Shown here: positions 25,991-39,001 of the stretch, piece after piece
Position numbering within the stretch: the first letter of the stretch is position 1
How the letters are laid out: each line of letters opens with the position of its first letter
Source: Octopus sinensis
Taxonomy: Eukaryota
Assembly: GCF_006345805.1 (NCBI RefSeq)
Contig: NC_043009.1
Location: forward strand, 22,816,001 to 22,880,000
Direction: 5' to 3'
Length of the DNA stretch: 64,000 nucleotides
Program-made: the position numbers and the translations under genes
The notes under the pieces: generated by a model
Seen by the model: only the letters and a program-made list of their open reading frames with translations
Databases searched by the model: none
Told to the model about the DNA's origin: nothing

Positions 25991-26028
25991 AGGAGTTCAA
26001 TAAAAATCATGATTTTTATTGAACTCCT
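25991..26028. repeat. Perfect 38-bp palindrome
   Basis: AGGAGTTCAATAAAAATCATGATTTTTATTGAACTCCT equals its own reverse complement. Confidence 0.97.
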
Positions 26029-26046
26029 TGTTTTATTGAAACCTTC

Positions 26047-26085
<39 letters not shown>

Positions 26086-27461
26086 GGGTAAAGACCCCCT
26101 TCAGTCATGAAGGACTAGGGATTTGCATCGAGAAAGTTAACCTATATACGTCAGCAATGTAACTACATGTTTGCCATTGGTGATTTCTTCTCCATCCTTA
26201 GACCTTTCTCTTTTCTGACAAAAAGCTATGTTCAAAACATCAAACTCTCTTCTTTCACTGAGCATCAAGCTAATACATTTCTTGCGCATGTCTTCACATT
26301 CATTTTTTCGTTTTTTAAAAAGATTTTTTTATTTTGAATTGTTTGTTTATTTGAATTGACTACATATATATGTGTGTGTGTGTATTTTGTTTAGGCATTG
26401 CTATATTAATAACCTGGTGTATCTAGTGTTAGGACTCAGTATACATATGCTTCAGTACAAAGCATCTGTCAAGTACAGAAACAGCTGTAAGGTAATGAAG
26501 TTCATAACATATTTATTTAACCACTTGATATCCTTAGGATTATGACCATTTCACAACCTTCTTCATGTAGCAATAGTTTCAGTGTGGAAGAAATTATGCC
26601 TACATGTTTGCTTTAATAGGCATACTTGACATTATACAATGCAATTACATAGTCACATATCAAGGCAAATAAAGCTAGCTCATCAAATGATCAAAGCCTC
26701 ATGAAATAATTTCATTAATCAGATCTTCTGGATTTCAACAGGACCACCATATTACATTTCTCTGTTGGATTATTGTGTGTACTGTTCACCCAAGTCTGTA
26801 AGAGGAGCTTACTGTGATAGTCACGTGATTCTCTGAATCCATATCTTATGCTTCAAATTTATGTGTATCCCCTACCATTGGTATGTCTCTATCACTTCAC
26901 ACTCTCACTCCCTTCTCCATTGAATCCTTGTTTCTCTTCTACTGTCTCTCTTTTCCTTACCAGTCCATTAGTTATATTGCCCTGTATGAAACAAGACAAA
27001 TTGGAACAATGAGGACCAGTTTTGTTTTGTAGGACTCAAGGTAACAGCGCCATGACATTGGGCCCAGTGATTAACTTGTATTTTATTTTATTGATCCTGC
27101 AAAGATGTATGGCAACGTTGACATTAGCAGGATTTGAACTCAGAAAGTAAGGCATTATTTTTAATGCTGTAATGATTCTGCTTACCCAATGCTCTTATCT
27201 TTTAATAATAATAGTATAATTTTGGCACAGCACCAGCAATTTGATGGGAGGGGATAAATAGATTATATAGACCCCAGCACTCAATTGGTACTTATTTTAT
27301 CGACCCTGAAACAATGAAAGACAAAGTCAACCTTGGCAGAATTTGAACTCAGAATATAAACATGGACAAAATGCCACTAAACATTTTGCCAAGCGTACTA
27401 ATAATTCTACCAGCTCGCCACCTTAGAAATAATAATAATAATAATAATCCCTTCTACTTGC

Positions 27462-27988
27462 AGGTGTAGCATGTGGTAAGAAGCTTGCTTCCCAACCACA
27501 TAGTTCTGGGTTTAGTCCCACTGTGCGGCATCTAGAGTAAGTGTCTTCTGGTATAGCCTGAGGCCAACCAAAGTCTTGTGAGTGGATTTGGTAGACGGAA
27601 ACTGAAAGAAGCCCATTGTGTATATATGTGTATGTGTCTGTATGAATTAGAAGTTAAGAAACCATTTAAGAGATATTAAATATCCAGTGTACTACTGGAT
27701 GTGTACCCATGTATTTGTAAACAAGTGCATGGCAATATCACAATTGAATACTAAGTATGGGTGGGAGTAAATATGTATGTATGTATTTGTGTGTGCCTGT
27801 GTTTGTCCCCTCTCCATCGCTTGACAACTGATGTTGGTGTGTTTATGTCCCTGTAACTTAATGGTTCGGCAAAAGAGACTGATAGAATAAGTACTAGGCT
27901 TCCAAAGAATAAGTCCTGGGTTCAAGTTCAATTAAGGCAGTGCTCCAGTATGGCTGCAGTCAAATGACTGAAACAAGTTAAAAATAAA
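27462..27988 (+). mobile_element. tRNA-derived SINE family A with expanded interior
   Basis: Head, core and 3' domain match 12950-13347. Flanked by minus-strand family B SINEs (about 27040-27425 and 28010-28195). Confidence 0.8.
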
Positions 27989-29139
27989 AAGAAAAGGCAC
28001 ACAGACTGAAATTTGGGGGAGGATGATAGCTGATTACGCCAAACCCCCCAGTACTCAACAGGTACTTATTTCACCAACCCTGAAAGCATGAAAGGCATGG
28101 TCAACCCCAGCAAAGTTTGAACTCACTGTGTGGAGACAGACAAAGTTGCTACTAAGCATTTTGTCTGGCATGTTAATAATTCTGTCAGCTCATTATCGTA
28201 ACAACAACAACAATAATAAAGTAAAAGGCTCGCAATTGTGAAGAGGTAAGGCATTAAAGATGTAAATATCTTTCCAAAAGCTGTAAAAATGTGTACTTCA
28301 TATATACATATATATAGACATATACACACACAGAATGTATGTATGTATGTAAAATATAGTGGTTTGTTGGAAAGTGTAATTCATATAAGGCTACTGGCAA
28401 AGCTTTAATATATCCAAAATTAGATCAATGTGAATAATCATTTCATTTTCTTTGACCAGAAGTGCATACGCACATATGCACAATGTGGTGTATGCGTGTG
28501 CATGGGGTGCATTTAAACAGTATTTCTATTTGTAGGAGAAGCAATCATCATTGCTGAAGCAGATACTGATTGATCAAATAGGGCCTGCAGTCTGCTGTGT
28601 AAAGTTACACCTTGAACCCATTGTCTTGCCTGGTTACTCTTAGAAAATCAAATGAGGCATATGATACTTTCGGTGTTTATTAACCACAAAGGTTGACAAA
28701 ACGATCGAGGACTGTCCAGAACGATACAGCATGAAATTAGTAAGAAATTGTATTACTGTACTTTAAAGAGAGGAAAAAAAAAAGAAGAAAGAAACCAATG
28801 TAAAACAAACGAGCAAAAATAAAATCAACCTAGTGGGGAAAGTGTGACACATTTAAAATTCCAAAATTCTATTTAGTACTCAGAAAATTAACTGGTTTAG
28901 TGATAAACAAAGTGAATCAAAGAGATCCTTGACTACTAACATCTTTGTGTCCCTTTCTACTTTTTTTCTTCTTTCCTTTCACATCTCATCTCCTATCCCT
29001 CCCCTACTTCCCGTATGTTGCATTTCCTTTTTTCTTTCTTTTTCTCTAGATTGAACTGTTTTCAATCGGTCATCCATTCTACAAGTATAAATAAATATTA
29101 AAAAGGATTATTATCATTATTATTATTATTATTATTATT

Positions 29140-30270
29140 AAGGCAGAACCATTGGTATGCTGGGTGAAATGTTTAATGGTATTTCATCTGCTGCTATGTT
29201 CTGAGTTCAATTTTACTGAGGTTGACTTTGCCTATCATTCCAGGTTGATAAATTAAGTACCAGTCAAGTACTGGGGTCGATGTAATTGACTTATCCCCTC
29301 CCTCAAAATTTCAGGCCTTGTGCCTATAGCAAAAATTATTATTATTATTATTATAAGGTGCCAGGCTGGCAGAATCATTTGCATGCTGAACAAAATGCTT
29401 AGTGACAGTTCATCTGTCTTTATGATCTGAGTTCAAATGTTGCTGAGGGTTGGCTTTGCTTTTCATTCTTTCAGGGCCAATAAAATAAGTACCAGTTGAG
29501 CACTGGGGCTAATGTAATCAACTTAGACCCCCTCCAAAAAATTTCAGGCTTGTGCCTTTAGTAGAAAGGATTATTATTATTATTATTACTACTATTAAGG
29601 TGGTGAGAATTGATAGCATGCTGGGCAAAATGCTTAGCGGTATTTCATCCGGCGCTACGTTCTGAGTTCAAATTCCACCAAAGTCAACTTTGCCTTTCAT
29701 CCGTTTGGAGTCGATAAAATAAGTACCAGTTGAAAACTGGGGGTCAATGTAATCGCCTTGCCCTCTCCCCCAACATGGCTGCCGTTGTGGCAGAATTTGA
29801 AACCATTATTATTATTATTATTATTATTATGGTGAGTTGGCAGAATCACACTGGACAACATGCCTCACAGCATTTTGTCTGACTCTACATTGTGAGTTCA
29901 AATTCTGCTGAGGTTGACTTTACTTTTCATCCCTTTCATGGTTGAAGAAATACGTACCAGTCAAGAACTGGAGACAATGTAACCAACCAGTCTCCTACTC
30001 CAAAATTTCAGCTCTTGTGCCTATGTCAGAAAATATTGGTGAGTTGGTAGAAAGGCAGTGAGCTGGCAGAATCGTTATCATGCCAGGCAAGATGCTTAGT
30101 GGCATTTCCTCCGTCTTGATGTTCTGAGTTCAAATTTCACCAAGGTCAACTTTGCCTTTCATCCTTTCAGGGTCAATAAATTAAGTACCAGTTGAGTACT
30201 GGGGTCAATGTCATCAACTGTCCCCCTCCCCACAAAATCTAGGCCTTGTGCCTATAGTAGAAATTATTAT
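29140..30270 (+). mobile_element. Five head-to-tail diverged tRNA-derived SINE family B copies (Nin-domain-like) separated by (ATT)n
   Basis: Units at about 29140, 29355, 29595, 29830 and 30050, each with GGCAGAATC head, TTCTGAGTTCAAAT B box, GCCTTTCATCC..GGGGTCGATAAA.TAAGTACCAG domain and (ATT)n tail. Further copies at 34615-34820 (+) and 47630-47760 (-). Confidence 0.85.
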
Positions 30271-30413
30271 TATTAGACAAGAAGAGCATGGTGCAATTGT
30301 AAAAGATTCTTTATTGGTTTGACAATATTTCAACAGCTCGTCTGTCTTTTTCAAGTTGAAAATGTAAAATGAAAGCAACTGCAGAAACACAGAAATTATT
30401 ATTATTATTATTC

Positions 30414-30890
30414 TATGTTTGACTTTTGCTTTATATTTGTACAAGTTGGCTCCAAGTCTCACCCAGAGCCCTCAAGAGACAACAGGTTGGAAGTTCACGT
30501 TGTTGTTATGCCTAGTGTGCCATATATTTGGGTTGTTTTTGGTGTTGTACTACTGAATGTCTAAAAAAAAAAACAAAAAAAAAAAATTATGTTTGTTTTA
30601 AACCTTGAGATTACATAGAAAGTATTTTGCGTAGGATATGAGCACTATCTTTTAAATTTCTGCCATTTTTGGGTTTCCTGGTATCTGAGTTAGGTAGCAA
30701 TCAGCCCCTTTTGCTATCATTCCCAGGGCACCTATGACTACAGGTATTGTTTTAGTCTTCAGGTTCCACATTTTGCTGATTTCTATTTCAAGATCTATAT
30801 ATTTGCTCAGTTTTTGGTAGGTCTTGACAGATACGTTTATATCGATTGGGACAGTCATATCAATGAGGAGGCATGTTCTTTGTCTGAAGT
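30414..30890 (-). mobile_element. 3' end of an RLE-type non-LTR retrotransposon (R4/Dong/NeSL/CRE-like)
   Basis: IDMTVPIDINVSVKTYQKLSKYIDLEIEISKMWNLKTKTIPVVIGALG is a restriction-like endonuclease C-terminus; (TAA)n on both sides in element sense. Confidence 0.85.
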
Positions 30891-30892
30891 CC

Positions 30893-30925
<33 letters not shown>

Positions 30926-31335
30926 TAATAACAACTACTGTTAATATAGGTTATCAACAGAAATGAAACCCATACTCACCAACACATCTTCTGACCATGA
31001 CCATTTGCAATCTGGACACAGCCGAAAGAGTAAATTGAACAGAAATCATTTCATCATATTTGTTGATAACAATTAGCTTCAGTTTTTATCCTCCTCCTCC
31101 TGTTTTATCTTACCACTGCCTGTCCTTCTCCCCCTCTCTGCATCTCCTCTTACATACCTCTCTCTCTCCTCATTTCATTTTGACCATTTCAGCCATGTGA
31201 TAACCAATAAACAACTAGAGAGGAAGGGACAGGGTAGGCGAGACAGCACTGACCAATCACGATTGAAGCTCTTCTCCCTTCCCACCAACCCAGTCATTTG
31301 ACTGCTTCAGCAACACTTAATAGCCAAGCTCCAGG

Positions 31336-31337
<2 letters not shown>

Positions 31338-31405
<68 letters not shown>
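31338..31405. repeat. (CT)n microsatellite
   Basis: Directly visible. Confidence 0.97.
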
Positions 31406-31407
<2 letters not shown>

Positions 31408-31709
31408 CTACCTTTATTCAATACTTTGACCATTATGGACATATATCAAAATATAATCTAACAGTTGTTTTGCAGTTTATCTCTTATTATATTTAGGCTG
31501 ATGTAGGAAGACTGGGGGATTGGTCAGTTTGGTAGAGTGTCGGACAGAACAACATGCAGTATTTGTTTTGGTTCTTTCCATTCAAATTTCAAATCCTGCT
31601 GTGGTTAACTTTGACTTTCTGACTTGTCCCCAAACTTCAAGCCTTATGCTGCTAAGCATTTTGTCCAGCTTGCTAACAATTCAACCAGCTTGCCACCATA
31701 ATAACAACA

Positions 31710-32036
31710 GCGAGAGCACAAACCTCTGCCAAGGCAACACCAACGTCCTCTTAATGATTTTAAAATGAGAATATCTGAAATAAACTCAACTGCTCTCACA
31801 AACAAGAATGCTAAAAGTGAACCCAACCACTTTCAAAAATTAAGTAAAAACAAATGGAAAAATAATCCTGAATCCTTGTCCAGTACCGAATCGATCCCAG
31901 AATCTAATCAGTTTGTGCCAGTCATGAGGCCAAAAACATCCCTGGAAGTTTCAACTGAATCCATCCAGCTGTTCTTGAGATATCTTGTCCACAGACAAAC
32001 AAACAACAACTCTGCCTTCGCTAAAATGGAGGTAAT
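31710..32036 (-). mobile_element. Helentron-associated non-autonomous element (HINE/DINE-like)
   Basis: Minus strand begins ATTACCTCC...GAAGG..GTTTGTTTGTCTGT and ends CCTTGGCAGAGGTTTGTGCTCTC, matching the subterminal-IR architecture of this class as I recall it. Confidence 0.55.
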
Positions 32037-32299
32037 AATGGCTTTAAATTTTGGCATAAGGCCAGCAATTCAGAGGTGAGAGTGAGCTTGACAGAATTTT
32101 GAACTCAGAACATAAAGACTGGTAAAATTATTCTAAGCATTTTGACTGGTGATGTAACAATTAACCTCACCCATTAATAATAATAATGATAATAATAATA
32201 ATAATAATAATAATGATAATAATAATAATGATAATAATAATAGTAATGATAATAATAATAGTAATAATAATAATAATAATAATTATTGTTATTATTATT

Positions 32300-32706
32300 A
32301 TTATCTTTTTTTTTTCTTCTTTCAAATTTGCTTCCATTTCTTGCCGTGTGTCTTCCCAACTCCTAGGGCAGAGAAACTCATAGTATACATTGGTAGGCCA
32401 TTAAATTAAACTCACTAGTTCGTTCATTTTTTTTTTTTGAAATTAAATTAAAATACATGGGTAGTAATAGTTCTCACATCGACAATGCTCTTCTCAATAC
32501 GTGTGATGTACCAGTTAAGACAATCTTTTGCACTTCTTGCAGGGATGGTAAGCCAGGGATCATTCTCATATAATTTTCAGTTCCCTTCTTGATCATTCCT
32601 AGTGCTCCTACGATCACTGGTATTGTAACCGCCTTGAGATGCCACATTTTCTCAATTTCAATGAGCAGGTCTTTATATTTTCTGAGCTTGTCAAACTCTT
32701 TCGCCA
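32300..32706 (-). mobile_element. 3' end of a second RLE-type LINE subfamily
   Basis: KEFDKLRKYKDLLIEIEKMWHLKAVTIPVIVGALG...VLRRALSM*, 3'UTR, then (TAA)n. Confidence 0.88.
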
Positions 32707-32744
32707 AGATTATTATTATTATTATAGTAATTATAATAAAATGC

Positions 32745-33060
32745 AATCCCTTTAAATTTCAAATTGTAAGAATTTGGAATATGAAAACTGTAAAGGTTGT
32801 GCCTATAATAATTGGTGCATTGAGAATTGAAAGCTAAGATATAGACAAATGGTTGAAGGAGATTGGAATAGAATGTCCTGTAGAGCTCCTACAGAAAGTT
32901 TGCCTCTTAGGGACAGGAAAGATTATCAGGAGGGTTCTAAGCACTTGAATGACTATTGAAAAATTGTAGATATCTAAGGTTACAGGTAGTTGGCTGCAAC
33001 CCACATAAATCCTACCTGGAATAAGACCAAACCTGAGTCAAACCAAATAATAATAATAAT
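32745..33060 (+). mobile_element. 3' end of a third RLE-type LINE subfamily
   Basis: IVRIWNMKTVKVVPIIIGAL...LLQKVCLLGTGKIIRRVLST*, followed by (TAA)n. Confidence 0.85.
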
Positions 33061-33065
33061 AATAA

Positions 33066-33461
33066 TCTATATATATAAAGCTGAAGTTGTCTGTATATGG
33101 CAGGTTTGGTAGCCTTCAACTAATACTATCTCCTCCAAGACCCTGTGGCGCAAGTTGACCAAAATTGAGAGTATGATAGAAGAAGGCTTGCTCTTCAGTC
33201 GGTAGAAGAAAAAATTCAAATCGGACCATGTTAACACCAAAAATTATTTACATCAAAAAGGTGCTTTTTTTCTATAAAAATCCCTATATTTTACGATTTT
33301 CTGACTGCTGTGTCACCATTTCTCGGTGTATTTCAACCAGAAAAATGTTCACTTAAATAGAATAACAAAGTACATTATGCAAAATTTTTACTTTTCAAAA
33401 ACTCCAGTTCTCAAGGGTTGAGAAGAAAACAAGCCCGAGCAATGCTGGGCTATACTGCTAG
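33066..33461 (+). mobile_element. Complete non-autonomous Helitron (396 bp)
   Basis: A|TCTATATATATAAAG 5' end; 3' hairpin GCCC-G-AGC-AAT-GCT-GGGC (33433-33450), then CTAG|T; inserted at an AT in (AAT)n without a TSD. Confidence 0.85.
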
Positions 33462-33493
33462 TAATAATAATAATAATAATAATAATGATAATA

Positions 33494-33700
33494 AATGCCC
33501 TGATGCAGTACCAGGCAGTGACTCTCATGATGCCCTCATGCAGTACCAAGTAGTGGCTCACATGGCTTCTGATCTTAACTGATTGGAAGTGTTATGCACA
33601 TTGTTTTGTCTTGGTATAAAAGATGGGCTACAGCAAATATTCTGCTCAATGCCACTGATTTGACCATAACCATTTGAGCATGTCCCTTAGTAGCTGGGAT
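33494..33700 (-). mobile_element. 3'UTR remnant of a further retroposon family with an (ATT)n tail
   Basis: Shares GCAAATATTCTGCTC...GCATGTCCCTTAGT with 41195-41320; abuts the (AAT)n run. Confidence 0.5.
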
Positions 33701-33719
33701 ATGGACAATGTTAAGAAGC

Positions 33720-34240
33720 ATCATGATGATGATAGTAGTGGTGGTAATGAGAAACAGTCATTATAATGATGAAGATAATAGGGGTCTTCGTTAACACAGT
33801 AATCATCATCATGTTCATCATCATGATTGTCATTCTTATTCCTCTACTACTACTATCACCACAGTGATTTTTGTTAACATGACCCTCTTCACAGCTTAAA
33901 TTGTCATTAACATCATCATCATCATCATCTTATTGTAGCACCACAATGATCTTGACCACTGCTAACACCATCACCTTCATCATCGGCATTGTCAACATCA
34001 CTGCTTAAATCGTCATTATCACATTATCATCACTCACTTAATTACTGTAGTGCCACAACAATCTTGGCCAGCACTAACACCACTGCTTCCTTCTTCATCA
34101 TCATCATCATCACCATCACCATCGTTAACATTGTCCTCATCACTTAACAAAATCATCATAACCACCACCATCATTATCATCATCATCATCATCATCATCA
34201 TCTAGTACCACCACCACCCACCACCATTGCCACAATCACT
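33720..34240. repeat. Degenerate (CAT)n/(CAC)n low-complexity tract
   Basis: Directly visible. Confidence 0.85.
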
Positions 34241-34839
34241 GTTATTGTTTAAAGAGCTTTGCAGATTAATATTTGAAAATAAACATGTCTCAGTAGAATT
34301 GGAATCCAAGACAAATCTATTGATTTCCGAAGAAACTAAACACAAGAGGAGGAAAAAAATGCAGGGGTGGGGGAAAGAAAAGCAATAAACAAAATTTCTT
34401 CTCTCTAAAACTATTTATTTTTTCAAAAATATTTGTGTGTGCATATGTCTGTGTATCTATGTGAGTTCATGTGTGTCACAACCACTGGCTAAGTTTGGTG
34501 GTATTAAATTTTTTCTCTCAGATTTCTGGCATTTTTTTCTTGTTTTAACAGCATCCAACATCCTAGTGTTCATCATCATCATTTATTACTATTATTATTA
34601 TCATCATTATTATTAAGGCAGTAAGCTGGCAGAACCATTAGCACGCCAGGCGAAATGCTTAGTAGTATTTCACCTGTCACTATATTCTGAGTTCAAATTC
34701 TGCTGAAGTTAACTTTGCCTTTCATCCTTTCAGAGTACTCGTTCAGCATTGCGGTCTACATAATCAACTTATCTACTTCCCTGAAATTGCTGGCCTTGTG
34801 CCAAAATTTGAAACTATTATTGTTATTATTATTTACTCA

Positions 34840-35938
34840 TTTATTTGTTTCAATCATTTGACTCCGGTCATGCTGGAGCACCGCCTTTAGTCAAACGAAT
34901 CAACCCCAGAACTTATTCTTTGAAAGCCTAGTACCTATTCTATTGGGTCACTTTTGCCAAACTGCTAAGTTACGGGGATGTTGACACACCAGCATCGGTT
35001 GTCAAGCGATGTTTAGGGGACAAACATAGACACACAAACATATATATATACACGACAGGCTTCTTTCAGTTTCCATCTATCAAATCCACTCACATGGCTT
35101 TGGTCAGCCCATGGCTTATAGCAGAAGACACTTGCCCAAGGTGCCATGCAGTGAGACTGAACCCAGAACCATATGGTTGGAAAGCAAGCTACTTACCACA
35201 CAGCCTTTATTTTTTTGCGGGGCAAGTAGTGCTCATGACACTTTACAGTGTCTCTAAGATTTGTTGAAAGGAGGAAATGAAAAAAAGGTGTCCTCAAAAT
35301 GGAGAACTCAGGCTATAAAGGAACATATCTAAGAACATGACTTGAGGATGTACAGTAAATTTAGTTAGTTCTCAATATATTAGTGTTAGTTATTTTGGTG
35401 AATCTCTGGAGATCTGAAAAGCAAATCCAAGCTTTGCTGTATCATAACAGTGTCTCGAACCTACAGGTATGTTTGGCCAAAGCTTATCCTGGCGTTCATG
35501 GCATTTAGACCTTTTGATGCAATCCACCTGAAATACCATTAATTTTATTCTTTTTCCTGTTTCAGTCATTTGACTGCGACCATGCTGGAGCACTGCCTTT
35601 ATTTGAACAAATTGACCCTAGGACTTATTCTTTGTAAGCCTACTACTTATTCAGTTGGTCTCTTTTGCCGACCCACTAAGTTACAGGGACGTAAACACAA
35701 CATCATTGGTTGTCAGGCAATAGTGGGGAGATAAACACAAATACATACATACATATATATATATACATACATACACACACACAATGAGCTTCTTTCAGTT
35801 TCTGTCTACCATATCCACTCACAAGGCTTTGGTCAACCCGAGGCTATAGTAGCAGACACTTACCTAGGGTGCCACACAGTGGAACTGAACCCAGAACCAT
35901 GTGATTGTGAAGCAAGCTTCTTATCAAACAGCCACTCT
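34840..35938 (-). mobile_element. Two SINE family A copies (34840-35205 and 35552-35938)
   Basis: Reverse-complement match to 12950-13347. Confidence 0.85.
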
Positions 35939-36309
35939 TGTATAGATTTCCTCTTTTAATGTGACCTAAATTAAAATCTTCCATCAAAATTTTATGTTAA
36001 TTTACTCCAAACACCAGATAAATAATATCTATTTTAATAAGTTCTTCATTATTTCCAAAATTAATTGATACAGAAGCAGAGCATTTTTGTAGAAAAATGG
36101 TAACAAAAGGTCTAAGACAAAATATTTATTCTTCACCTTAATCCTTTTTATACGAACTTACCTGTGATTACCTTTTGATCTATGACAGAAACTTCCTGCT
36201 TTAAACGGTCTAAATCAAAACATTGTTCTATTTTGGGTTGGTCATATTTTGCCAATTAAACTATATATTTGGTCTTTGCTTCAGTTTTATTATTATTATT
36301 ATTGATGGA

Positions 36310-36830
36310 ACCAATGGAAATGCTATGTGATGAGGTGGAAATGGTGAGAGGGTTTTGTTATTTGGGAGAAGGGGTGGTGTAAGTGGTCGAACAATGATGA
36401 TGATGATGTAAGTGGTAGATGTGAAGCAGTTGTGACATCAAGAGCAAGACTTGGCTGGGTGAAGTTCAGGAAATGTGGAGCATTGTTATATGGGAAAAGG
36501 TTCTAATTAAAGATGAAAGGAAGGGTCTATAAGTGCTGTGTGAGAGCTCCAATGCTGTATGGGAGTGAGACATGGTGTCTGAGAGAGAGAGAGAGATGGT
36601 AATTTTGAGAAGGACTGAGAAAGCAATGGTGAGAGAAATGTGAGATTAGTATATTTGAAGATGTTTGATAAGAGGAGAACTGAGGATTTCATGGGAATGC
36701 TGGGGTTGGAGGAATCGGTGGATTGGTTGGCAAGGGCGAATGGAGTGAGGTGTTATGGGCCTCACTAAATTCTGTTTGACCCATGCAAGCATGGGAAAAC
36801 AGACATTAAAACGACGATGATGATGATGAT
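36310..36830 (+). mobile_element. Old RTE LINE fragment (different subfamily)
   Basis: CEAVVTSRARLGWVKFRKCGALLYGKRF*LKMKGRVYKCCVRAPMLYGSETW; (GAT)n tail at about 36815-36830. Confidence 0.8.
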
Positions 36831-38251
36831 ATATCTTTCGAATATATGTTGACAGTTTTTTTTTTTTTTAATATTTGGAAGATGGAAAATATATTTTCTT
36901 TAATCGATGTTCTGCTCAAATGTTTTTCCAACTATTTGTATTTGTATTCATTTTTTATTCTTCATTAGATTTTTTGCAACAAGAATAGATACTTCATAAT
37001 ACTTTTCTAATTGCACAGATTTTTAGTAAATATACTAGCTCTCTGTCTGTCTGTCTTTCTCTCTCACCCTCTCTCTCTATATAGCTTCTTTTAACTTTCA
37101 TATAGTGTACTGTAAATGCTGTCATTATTTTCCTTGTTTCTTGGAGTTTTATTTTTCATCTGTTCTTGTCATTTTTTCCACCATCCATTTGACTATATTA
37201 TAAGTGTAGGGTTATTACTGGAACAACTGCAATGTTACTGCCAATTATTTTATATTTGGCATTTAGATGTGTTTTAATTCCTAGTCTAATGAGTCTATTG
37301 TATTCTTCCCTTACTGGCTGAAATATTGTGTTCCAGTTCATTTATTCATAAGCATTTGCAAATGTGTCCTTGGACTAATTCTTTTATCGTTGCCTCTCTC
37401 TCACTCTCTCTCTAGATAAATATTTTTTTCTGTTATTACATAGCCCAAGGCCAGCTTCGAATGATCAGACCTATTATCAAAGTAATTTCCAGTTATGAGC
37501 GCCTCACCTCTTACTTTGAGACATATCTAAGAGTACATTATTCAATATGTTCCATTTTTTAATTAAAAAAAAAAACACAGAAGGATGTGTTTCTATGAAG
37601 ATTTGGTTTAAATTTCTAGCATTAACATAGAAGCTCCTTGGGTTGTAGAGACAAGGGTGTGTGTGGCTTTTAAAGCTACTATGAGAGCATTTGTATTGAC
37701 TTACTTTCACAATCTGAAATTTCATATAGCTTTAGCATCATCATCATCACCATCAGCATCATCATATTCATGTCTTCTACCACAGTCTTCGGTTGACTGA
37801 TATCTTGTGAGAGGAATTTGATAAGCAAAAAAAGTGTGGTTGCTACCATTGTATATGGGACATGGTTTTGTGGTTAAGAAGTTTGTTTGGCAATCACATG
37901 GTTTCAGGTTTGGTCCCACCTTTGGCAAGTTTTTTTCTACTATGACCCCAAACTGACCAAAATCTTGTGAATGGATTTGTTGCACAGAAACTGAAAGAAA
38001 CTCACTGTAGGTGTGTATTTGTCATAAATGTGTGCATCTGTGTGTGTTTTATGTGTGCATTCATGTTTCCTCGTCTTGATATTGTATGCTAATTGTAAAC
38101 GAATCTCATCGTTATACAAACAGTGTCTGACAGTTTGTGCTTGAAGGACTCAGAGAAGTATCGTTTTACTTGTTAGTAGGGGAAGATTGGTGACAGGAAG
38201 AGCATCTGGCCATAAAAAAATCTAACTCAACCATGCAAACATAAAAAAAAT

Positions 38252-38607
38252 AGGAGTGGGTGTGTGGTAAGTAGCTTGCTTACCAACCACATGGTTCCAG
38301 ATTCAGTCCCACTGCATGGCACCTTGGTCAAGTGTCTTCTACTATAGCCTCAGGCTGACCAAAGCCTTTTGAGTGGATTTGGTAGATGGAAACTGAAAGA
38401 AGCCCGTCGTATATATGTATATGTGTGTATGTATGTTTGAGTTTGTCCCCCCTGGTGTGTTTACGTCCCCGTAACTTAGTGGTTTGCTTAAGAGACCAAT
38501 AGAATAAGTACTAGGCTTACAAAGAATAAGGCCTGGGGTCGATTTGCTCGACTAAAGGTGGTGCTCCAGCATGGCCACAGTCAAATGACTGAAACAAGTA
38601 AAAGAGA
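38252..38607 (+). mobile_element. SINE family A copy
   Basis: Head to 3' end match 12950-13347. Confidence 0.88.
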
Positions 38608-39001
38608 GAGTGAAAGCAAAGACAATAATGATGTATGTGTGTTCCATTTTCATATCTTTTATATGTCAACTGGAGTCATGAGTAGCAGTGAAAAGTCCTA
38701 AACACCACTCAACTCAGTTGCTTGACTTAACAACAGTTGCAACCAAATCTTTCACAAGTCACCTTCTGCCATCGTGAAAATAGAACGCATTAATTAACCT
38801 TTTTGTTGCAGTGTTTCTGATGATATACAACTTTTTTAATTACAGTTAATTTTGAAAATATTGAAGAATTTAGTTAACTATCTGTCATTATTTACCCTTT
38901 TATTACCATATTTTTGCTGAAATACACTGCCTTTGTTTCAATTATGTTTGAAAAGAACGAAGAACTTAGTAAAATAACTTTGTCATAATTAAGCTGAAAT
39001 A

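Noticed and set aside
26455-26798. Two small plus-strand AG...GT-bounded open segments (about 26455-26490 and 26743-26798)
   Set aside because: Too short to evaluate, with no recognisable peptide or partner exons.
28536-28645. Plus-strand frame ending IVLPGYS, recalling CATSPERB
   Set aside because: A six-residue resemblance followed immediately by a stop; not significant.
29140-30270. CRISPR-like or satellite array
   Set aside because: Units are about 220-bp diverged SINEs with A/B boxes in eukaryotic DNA; no repeat-spacer structure or cas genes.
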